Of a stretch of 64,000 nt of DNA, positions 51,037 through 60,310 are shown in pieces (the stretch's first letter is position 1; the number at the start of each line of letters is the position of its first letter). A program made the translations under genes and the position numbers. The stretch is from Chiloscyllium plagiosum (taxonomy: Eukaryota). The notes beneath the pieces are model-generated. The model had not been told where the DNA came from, searched no databases, and saw only the letters and a program-made list of their open reading frames with translations. Location: contig NC_057718.1 in the NCBI RefSeq assembly GCF_004010195.1, positions 49,253,239-49,317,238 of the forward strand, written 5' to 3'.

Positions 51037-51607
51037 AGATGGGTTTTGCAGGCTAGTTTACTGTTTATCTTGAGCATTGTGTCACACAGAGAAATACACA
51101 GTCAAAGAGAGAAAAGGCTCTTGCGGTCATGTGGGTTTGCAAAAAGTTCTCTGATTTTATCATCATTTTAAAGGTAATCAGAGAGACAAACCGCAAATCC
51201 CCAGATTCTTAACTTGAGGAAAAGAAAACATGCTAGAATGCCTTCGAGAATCCAGAGATTCCATTTGAAAGGAATGAGACTCACTAATAAAAAGGCATAT
51301 GTCCAGTTCTACTGCTGACCATTCTACACAACAGGATGTTGATCTCATTAATGTGATTGAGTCATATTCACAGCAGTATAATCATCAGCTAGCTCAAAAA
51401 TGTTCCAATAAGGTCATCATGTGCAGATGCAAGATTAAGCTTGCATTTGCACCTGCTAATTCTGCACACCAGGTTGGGTACAGCAGAACATTAATAGTGT
51501 GGCGATGTAAACCTCCTTTGAGCATTGGAAGCAGTTTACAATTGGCATATGATGAGAGGGTGGAGATTCCAATATCACTTGGCCAGAAATCTTGGACACA
51601 ATGCAAT

Positions 51608-51754
51608 AGAGGAGCAGGAGAATCAACGTTTCAGGCATAAGCCCTGCCCAAAATGTTGATTCTCCTGCTCCTTTGATGCTGCCTGACCTGCTGCGCTTTT
51701 CCAGCAACACATTTTTCAGCTCTGATCTCCAGCATCTGCAGTCCTCACTTTCTC
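51608..51754. mobile_element. Penelope-like asymmetric hairpin (family A) with 11-bp TSD
   Basis: TSD cacaatgcaat at 51597-51607 and 51755-51765; arms ggagcaggagaatcaac / gttgattctcctgctcc; CTGATGA absent. Confidence 0.8.
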
Positions 51755-51886
51755 CACAATGCAATCGAGTCTGTTAAGTGTCACGAAAGGCAGAGCCTAG
51801 ACTGTGGTGGCTGAGAATATCAAGATCTACAGAAGCAGTCATTTCTCATGGCTGTGTGTCCACAATGCATAGACTAAAACAAAGGG

Positions 51887-51987
51887 CAAAGTTAAAAATC
51901 ACACAACACCAGGTTATGGTCCAATAGGTTTTGTGTGATTTTTAACTTTGTTCACCCTGGTCCAACATCAGCACCTCTACATCATAG
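51887..51987. mobile_element. Penelope-like short hairpin (family B-related) with 9-bp TSD
   Basis: TSD aacaaaggg at 51878-51886 and 51988-51996; arms caaagttaaaaatcacacaa / ttgtgtgatttttaactttg. Confidence 0.75.
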
Positions 51988-52394
51988 AACAAAGGGAATC
52001 ACTTATCTCCCCTCAATTTTGATATTGACCATAGGAATGTCTGGGAAGGGATTTATTAATGGGAAATCTTATCTAATTGTCATTGACTATTTTCTCAGCT
52101 CGCTTGCAGTCGAATGGCTTTACACCATAACCACTGAGATAGTTATTCAGACATTAAAGGAAATAGTTGCAATATATTGCATTCTAGCCAGATTGTCTCC
52201 AATAACAGTTTAGTTCACACATTTTGCAGAAAACTGTGGGTTTGTATATCTTACAAATTCCCTGACTTATCCAAAGATGAAACTGAAAGGAGAGCCAGAA
52301 CTATCAAAACACAAATAAAGAAAAATTAAACTTTTCAATTTCACTTCTGATTTTTAGAATGATACCATTATAATGTGAGAAGGTGATGGACGCA

Positions 52395-52752
52395 GGAGAT
52401 AATGCCCTAATGGTATTATCATTAGATTATTAAATCAGTAGACCCAACTCATGTTCAGAGGCCCCAGGTTCGAATCCTGCCATGGCAACTCGTGGAATTT
52501 GAATTCTGTGATGGAAAGGAATCTGGAATTGAGGGTTTCATGAAATTATTGTTGACTTTTGGAAAAACCCGCCTGATTCATTAATGTCCTTTAGAGAAGG
52601 AAATCTGTCGTCCTTATTTGGTCTGGCCTACATGTGACTCCAGAGTCACAGCAATGTGGTTAACTCTGAACTGCCCTCTGAGCAGTTAAGGATGAGTAAT
52701 AAATGCTGGCCTATCCAGAGATGCTCACATTGTGTGAGTGAATAAACAAAAA
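52395..52752 (+). mobile_element. tRNA-headed SINE (~350 bp family), full length
   Basis: A-box-like tgccctaatgg; canonical B box ggttcgaatcc at 52467-52477; LINE-like tail. Confidence 0.88.
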
Positions 52753-53654
52753 GCGATAGCATCTTTAATACTTGATATGTAGAAAGCTTTGAACTCCACT
52801 TCCCACTCCAAAATAATTGCTTACAGGCGAGACGTTCAGGATTATCAAACTGTTCAAGGCTGAGAATAGTACTGAAAATAGTAAACAGGCCTATGACTAT
52901 AACAAGAGATACCATACCATTGCACCTTTCCCATCCCGCACCACACCCATACCCAACCCATCCATTACCTCCTCACATTGTAATGGTGTAGCTCTATAAT
53001 TCAGAAATGCAGTTTGAAAATTTTCAGTTTTCTTTATTGGTGCTTTGATAGTTCCTTTCAGCTTCATATTTGGTTTGGGGACAGTATAGGGAACTGTCAC
53101 CTATCCTAGTGATAGAAGGGGAAATATTTATGAGTATGAGACCAAGACAAAGAAGGCATACTCATTCAGGAGATGATAATCAACAGAGACCTTACCTAGT
53201 ACATACTATGAATGGTACTCTATGATAAAAGAGGAGAAGTCTTATTTCTATTCATTTAAGATGTCGATGAGTCATATTTTTGGATGAATTAGATGCTGAG
53301 CAAGATATTTAAAAACTACTGGATACTACAAACCTCAATTCAGGCCATACAAATCAAGGTACAAGAGTTCTGAGAAACTCGACTGATCTTCAGATTCTGA
53401 CAAGAACAGGATTAGGAAGAGGTGGGAAGCCTCCTGACAGTTTGAAAATGCAATGTCAAAGATTTGGCAGCACGGGGGTGGGGAGATGGTGGCATGTAAA
53501 GAAATCAATGTGGAACCATTTTTGGTTGGCTATTTGAGGGAAATGTGTAGTATTAAGGTTTGGAAAGATTAATGTTTGCGATTCAGTGAGTATTACCTCT
53601 GGTAATGGGATTGCAAGGGAATACTTGGCAGAAAAAAAACAGAAGATTTGATTA

Positions 53655-53863
53655 CAAAAATCAAAAGAATTGTGAATACTGTAAATTGGAATTGCTGGAA
53701 AAGCTCAGCAGGTCTGGCAGCATCTGTGGAAAGAAATCAGAGTCAATATTTTTGCTCGAGTGACCCTTCCTCAGACCCTTCTCAGGAAGGTCACTCAATC
53801 TGAAACGTTAACTCTGATTCTTCTCCACAGATGCTGCCAGGTCTTCTGAGCTCTCTATTTTCG
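53655..53863. mobile_element. Penelope-like fold-back insertion (family C) with 10-bp TSD and two decayed hammerheads
   Basis: TSD gatttgatta at 53645-53654 and 53864-53873; the arms together suggest CTGAGGA-A-GGGTC..GAAA-CGTT|AACT. Confidence 0.8.
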
Positions 53864-53959
53864 GATTTGATTATAGCTTCAGCAGAGTCAGACATTCTTC
53901 TTAGTGAGTCTGAAATATTAATGGGATTAATAGGGTTAGAAAGATGAAACTGGGGAAGA

Positions 53960-54860
53960 ACCATATGGACGATCCAATGGCCTCACTCATTTGCTATCTA
54001 AATAACGACTTGTAGGAGGGGAAGTGTAATGTATCCACATTTGCTGATGATACAAAATTAGGTGGGGGTAAAGGCATGCAATGAGGAATCTACATGTGAG
54101 CAATCAAAGGGCAGAGCGAGACTTCAAAAAAGTGCTATGCAGAGAGATCTCCGTGTTCTTGGGCATGGAATACAAATAGAAGCATGCAAGTGCAGCAAAT
54201 AATTAAGGCAAATTAAATGTTGACCTTTATTTCTAGAAGATTGGAGTTCAAAAATAAGGAAGTCCAGTTTTTAATGCACAGGGTGTTCGTGAGATCACAC
54301 CTCGAGTGGCTACATAGATTTGGTGCTCATATTGAAGAAAGGATGCACTGGCATTGAAGGTAGCTCAAAAGAGACTTGCTAAGCTTATTCCTGGGATGGA
54401 GTGGTTGACTTATTAAGGCTAAACAGGTTCGGCCTTTAATCATTAGAATTTAGATGAATGAAAGATGATTTCATTGAAACAATCAAGACTGTAAGTGGGC
54501 TTGACTTGGGTAGATGTTGAGAAAATAGTTCAATGAGTGGGAAATTGTAAACTAGGGGACATAGTTACAGAATAAGAGGGCATTCATGTAAAAGTAAGAT
54601 GAGAAAGATTTTGTTTTCCCTAAAGGGTATGAAATGTCTGGAAATCTCAATCCCAAAGAATTGTGGAGGGCAGATAACTGGAAGTATTTGAAGAGGAGTC
54701 AGATGCATTATGAAATATTGGAGAGTTGAGGGCCATAATTTGTTGCCATAACATAAAAGCTGAAGCCTGTGTCTGACCAGCCATGATCTTAAAAGATGGC
54801 GGACTAAGCTTGAGAGACTCAATGGACTATTCCTACTCCAATTTCTTATGCTCTTATCTA
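53960..54860 (+). mobile_element. Old CR1 LINE 3' part
   Basis: STFADDTKLG at ~54033; CR1-type 3'UTR ccatgatctt...gactattcctactcc. Confidence 0.75.
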
Positions 54861-56293
54861 AACCTATACATAGTTCCTTACTATATAATAAAATAGTTAC
54901 TTTTTGAACCTACCATTGAATCAGCAACCTCTCCAAAGCTAAACTAATCAACCAATAACAAAGTCCAGAAAAATATAAATATTTTGCACTGGCAATCTGG
55001 AACAAATTGCACTGCTCAATGGAAAGTAAACGACTTCCAGTTTGGGGTTGAACATGGGAGATTGTGTCAAAATACTACCTGATTCCTGTAGTTTGGAAAC
55101 TTATTTCTCTACTGCAAGGACTTAGCAGAAGAGAAATACTTGATTCATAATATTCAATCATGAGGAACAGCAGATCGAGTTTGTTCGTACCTAAAATTGT
55201 TCACATACCGGTCCTCAGTTCTTTACTAAATAATTGGCTGCAAAATTAGTCTTTGGTGTCACTGTTTTTGGCAAATCACGTTGGAATTTTTAACAAGTTC
55301 ATCTACCACTAAAATATATGGCGGAGGCAAGAAAACAGAAGAAAAGGCAAGTAAAAGATTTTAAATTCAAGCAACTACAGGAAAAGAAATGTTAGAAAAA
55401 GTAATATGAAGATAAAATTAAAATAAAAGTGAAGAGAAAATAAGAGGAAGAGGAATAACAGTAAATATAGATGAGGTTTTGAGGTTTTCTAAATTTAAAA
55501 TGCCATTCATTTCATATTCAGAGCAATCCATTAAAACTCTTTCCGAAGTTTGCATTTGATTATGTAAGCATTACCTTCTGGGTCAAAGAACTTGACTTAA
55601 AATTGTACAAAAGCCTCTTCCCTCTCCTTTGAGTGATTTTAGGATTGATACATTCCCCGCAATCCTTTTGGTGCCTGTTGGTGAGCTGAACGTTTTTTTA
55701 TGATTTAAAGCACTTTTCCCACAGGTATTCGATATTCAGTTGACCAGGCATCTTTGAATTTGATGCCTTTTTGATTAAAATGTTGTACCTCATGCCTTTG
55801 TGGTATATGTTATAACCCTACATTTGTACTTTTAAGTGGAATTGACTTGAAACCTATTTAATATTGAAATAAAATGTGTTGGTCTAATTTCTTTTCTAAA
55901 TGCGTTATTTTTTTCAATTATTAAGTATACTTACACAAAATATTCCAGATGGAATTAGCAGCTTATTTATAACTAGTTTTTGCCCAAGGGCAGCTTGCAA
56001 TGATTAAATATAGGACATAAATCAAGGAGACTGTAATTTGCATTTCTTTCTGCTTAGCTCATTGATGCTGTGACTTCAAAACAAAGTTTAATCCTTTATT
56101 TAATGATTTTGAGCATGACTTCTGACTTTAATTCCACTGGGAATCCATTATTGAGGTTTCCCTTAAACATATAAATGACATCACTCCACAGTTCCTTTTC
56201 TTGTGAACAACATACCTTTGTTGTCATTGTATTGAATGGTGTGTGATATGATTTTTTAAATCATTGTGGAACAATTAACTTTTTTGTCTAGAT

Positions 56294-56422
56294 TTGGAGA
56301 TGCCGATGTTGGACTTGGGTGTACAACGTTAAAAATCACACATCACCAGTAGTAACATTCCAAAAGCTAGTGTTTCCAAATTCCTGTTGGACTATAACCT
56401 GGTGTTGTGTGATTTTTAATTT
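56294..56422. mobile_element. Penelope-like hairpin (family B-related) with ~14-bp TSD
   Basis: TSD ttttttgtctagat at 56280-56293 and 56423-56436; arms ttaaaaatcacac / gtgtgatttttaa; relic ccaaaagctagtg. Confidence 0.75.
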
Positions 56423-56441
56423 TTTTTTGTCTAGATCTAAT

Positions 56442-56733
56442 GGGCGGCACGGTGGCACTGTTGCCTCACAGTGCTAGAGACCCGGGTTCAATTCCCGCCT
56501 CAGGCGACTGACTGTGTGGAGTTTGCACATTCTCTCCGTGTCTGCGTGGGTTTCCTCCGGGTGCTCCGGTTTCCTCCCACAATCCAAAAAATGTGCAGGT
56601 TAGGCAAATTGGCCATGCTAAATTGCCCGTAGTGTTAGGTGTAGGGGTAATGGGTCTGGGTGGGTTGCGGGTCGGTGTGGACTTGTTGGACCGAAGGGCC
56701 TGTTTCCACACTGTAAGTAATCTAATCTAATCT
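56442..56733 (+). mobile_element. HE1-type V-SINE with A-box deletion
   Basis: gggcggcacggtggcactg; B box gggttcaattccc; V-domain; (taatc)n tail. Confidence 0.9.
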
Positions 56734-56759
56734 CTATTTTGCAGAGGGAAGATTCATGC

Positions 56760-56812
56760 TGCAGCTGACAAGTTAATAAATCATACAGTTATTTGCATAA
56801 AACAATTGCAGT
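56760..56812. promoter_or_regulatory. Candidate developmental enhancer motif cluster
   Basis: TGACA (56766), PBX-HOX-type TGATTTAT on minus strand (56776-56783), octamer ATTTGCAT (56791-56798), SOX AACAAT (56801-56806). Confidence 0.3.
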
Positions 56813-57679
56813 GAACTTAGATAACAAGGCAATAGAAATACAATTTGAGTGTATTGGGGAAAAAAAAAGCTTTTGACCATGAATTTACCACCCTTTTCCT
56901 ACAATTAATCTCCCTGCATGAGTTATTCACTAACCTTTGTCATCAGTTTCATTTTGAAATCATGTTTTATATACAGTGCACAAAACATGTTTCCTTTTCT
57001 CATCATAAAGTAATTATCCATTGACAGTTTCTATTCATAGAACTGTATTATTTGATTGTTTTAAAATTTTGTGTTTTGCTGTGCACTGCCTGTTCTCCTA
57101 CAGCCTCATAAAAATAATTATACTTTGTATGGTGTTTGTTTTTCATAGACCTCAAAGGAGCAAACAAAAAGCAGCAATTAATCCCAGCAGGCAGTGACCA
57201 TTGAGAATAAAATAACGCAGATGCTAACAGTAGATGACTGCAACAGTGATTTCAATGAAATTCGTCATATGGTCAGCTTTGCATGTATTAAATATCTGTT
57301 CCTGTGACAGCTCATAAAGGAGAGTTAGGACTATTTTCTTTCTGTTTATATTGAACATCTCATCAACCAGACTTCAGATTATTGCTGTTGTGGATACCCC
57401 CGAATATTAACCATGTTATAATGTGTAAAACTTACAAGATCGCACAGCTAAACTTTGTAACATCCTTTTATGTTATATGCCTGAAATTCAGATGAATTGA
57501 ATAGGATTTAGGACTGAAAAACAAACTAAAGGATACAAGGCCCAGCAAAAACAATCTCCCTAGAATGTCAACATAAAGCCTGTCTACTCTCTACAGGGAC
57601 ATAAATGTCTCAGATACATTTAAAAAAAAAATAGAATGTCCGAGCATACCTGATGGCATATCCAGATAAAAAAAGGAAA

Positions 57680-58036
57680 GCAATCATTTCTATATCACCT
57701 TTTGCAACCTCGGGATGTCTGAGCAAATGAAGTGTATTTAATACAGGTAATTTGTGCACAACTTCTTCCAATATGTCATTACAACCAGAAATTCTGGGTT
57801 TTTTTGTAATGTTGATTGAGGGATTAATATTGTCAAGATAATCAAAATTAATTCCCTTTCTCTTCTTCAAAACAGCACCTTTAAAATAGTTTGCATCCAC
57901 CTCAGCGAAGACAGACCTTTCATCTGAAAAGTATCACCTCATCAATTCAACACTCAGTGGCAGTGCTGGAGTGGCACTTGAATTCACAGCCTTTTGATTG
58001 TGAAAGAACAGTGCAACTAACTGAGCCACAGATGAC
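57680..58036 (-). mobile_element. Ancient Deu-domain-type SINE (SacSINE1-like)
   Basis: Minus-strand tRNA head gtggctcagttagttgcactg...gaattcaagtgccactccag; body gttgattgagggattaatattg...ctcttcttcaaaa (shown as + strand). Family name from recall only. Confidence 0.6.
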
Positions 58037-58074
58037 AATAACAATGATGACTGGTCAAGATTTGTTTGTTGGGT

Positions 58075-60310
58075 AAAGGTTAGCCTGGGAATCATCAACA
58101 TTGTTTCTGTCCCTGGTGAAATCTCATGGCATCAGGTTAATCACAGGCAAGGAAATGTCCTGCTGATTTAGTGCCTTCTGCGACAATTCAGTTGATGCAT
58201 CAGTACTCTCCATGTTAGGATCTGCATGAAAGAAGTACTCAACATGGTCAGGGCACAAAATATACACTGGGTAGAAGATCTTAATGTGTCTGCGATCACT
58301 AAGAATGACTGAGTAATGGCAGCGCTAACTGAGCTAGCCAATTCCTAAAGGACATAGCTGCTAGATGGGTTTGTGGCAGGTGGTGAAGGATCCAACAAAA
58401 GGCAAAAGTTACTTGACTTCATCCTCATCAATTTACTGGTCACATATGGCCAAGACTGCATTGGTAGGAGTGACAACTGTACAGTCTTTATGGAGCCAAC
58501 GTTCTGTGTTAACATTGATTATCCGCTACAATCTGTGGTTTAACATCATAAAATGCTAAAAGGGACATATTTGGAACAGGTTTAGCATCTCAAAACACTG
58601 GGTATGCAGGAGATGCTATATGCCATCATCAGCAGAATTACATCTAAACATGGTCTACAAAGACATGACTAGGTTTATCTCTCATTTTACCAGGTTTCCA
58701 GATGGATTTTGACAAGATGCTACACAGGAAGCTGTCAAATAAAATCAAACCCCATGATGTTAGGGGGAAGGTACTGGCATGAGTAGAGGATTGGCTTACT
58801 GGCAGAAGGCAGAGAGTGAGATAAAGGGTCTTTTTCAGGGTGACAGCTAGTAGTTGGTAGAGTTCTGCAAGGATCAGTGTCAGGGTCACAACTATTCACA
58901 TGCTACATTAGCGAGCTGGATGAAGGAACTGAGGGCATTGTTGCTAAAGTTAACACAAAGATAGATGCAACTACAGGTAGTGTTGAGGAAGCAGGGAGGC
59001 TGCACAAGGACTTGGACAGGTTTGGAGAGTGGGCACAGAACTGGCAGATGGAAAACAATGTGGGCTAATGTGAGACTATGCACTTTGGTAGAAAGAATAG
59101 AGGTGTGGGTTATTTTCTAAATGCCATAAGGCTTCACAACTCTGAAACTCATAGGGACTTGGGAATCCTAGTTCTGGATTCTCTTAAGGTTAACATGCAG
59201 GTAAACATGATAGTTAGAAAGGTAAATGCAATGCAATGCAAATGCAGGGCTAGAATACAAGAGTAGAGATGTACTGCTGAGGTTGTATAAGGCTCTGGTC
59301 AGACCACATTTGGAATATTGTGAGTGGTTGGGGTCTTATACCTGAGGAAGGATATGCTGGCATTGGACACGGTCCTAAGGAGGTTTCTAAAAATAACCCC
59401 AGGGATGAAGGGTTTGCCAAATGAGAGGTGATTGGGTACTCTGCTCTGTACTTGATGGATTTTAGAACAATAAAGGGGGGATTTGATTGAAACTTACAGG
59501 ATACTGAGAGGCCTGGAGAGAGTGGATATGAGAAGATATTTCCACCAGTAGGAGAGACTAGGATATAGAAGCACAGCCTCAGAGTGAAGGGACAACCCTT
59601 TAGAACTGAGGTAATGAGATATTTCTTCAGCCAGAGGTAAGTTAGTCTGTGGAACTCATTGCTGCTGACGACTGTGGAGGGCAAGTCATTGAGTGTACTT
59701 AAGACATAGATAGATTCTCGATTAGTAAGGGGATCAAGAGTTATAAAGAGTAGGCAGAAGAATGGGATTGACAGACATATCAGCCATGAGCAAATGGTAG
59801 GGCAAACTCGATGGGCTGAATGGCCAAATTCTGCTCCTATATGGCACAGTGTAAGTTGGGAGATCAATCCCATTTCAGTTGCAAGATGGAATGCCAGCAG
59901 CAGCAGGAGGTTTGCCTAAAAAATGAGATGTCAACTCTATGAAGCTACGATCCAGTATGTCTTGCTTGCCAAACAACGGGAAGAGCCATATCATACACAG
60001 AGCTTAGTGATCCTATGGCCAGTGTGTTAGATGGATGCTCTGAAGTATTGCTGCACCCTACTGATGAAAGGTAGCAGACAATTAGACAGTAGCAGTAAGG
60101 GAAGGTGTCACGTAACTTTTAAGATTGGAGAGCCCAAAACATCAGTGCAAAAGATAAGGTTGCAAAACTATCTTCAGTCAGAAGTGCCAAGTAGATCATC
60201 CCTCTCCTGATATTCCTAGAATCACAGATGACAGTTTTTAGCCAGTTCTTTTCAGTCCATGTAATATGAATGCAATAGAGACTGCAAAGGCTTTGTTCCC
60301 TGACAGTAGT
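58075..60310 (+). mobile_element. Endonuclease and linker region of the tRNA-headed LINE family, split by a CR1
   Basis: LGIINI..GEISWHQVNHRQGNVLLI matches 25770-25825; GLWQVVKDPTKGK; apparent continuation at 59850-60310. Confidence 0.6.
58685..59845 (+). mobile_element. CR1 LINE RT / 3' end
   Basis: QGSVSGSQLFTCYISELDEG, LHKDLDRFGEWAQNWQM, LYKALVRPHLEYC, 3'UTR gggctgaatggccaaattctgctcctat. Confidence 0.85.

Larger units (their letters stand above)
50380..53490 (+). mobile_element. Ty3/Gypsy LTR retrotransposon pol relic (RT, RNase H, integrase)
   Basis: RT FQRTVMNIQQGI (50458); RNase H VTADASSTGL (50872) and ALAVMWVCKKFSDFI; integrase GKSYLIVIDYF...IQTLKEIVA; C-terminal RLGRGGKPPDSL; purine-rich PPT-like tract at ~53474-53486. 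Confidence 0.75.

Noticed and set aside
52395..52480. tRNA gene
   Set aside because: A/B boxes continue into a repeated SINE body; no acceptor stem or oligo-T terminator.
60061..60100. ctgatgaaagg as another hammerhead
   Set aside because: No paired stem II and no downstream GAAA...UH.
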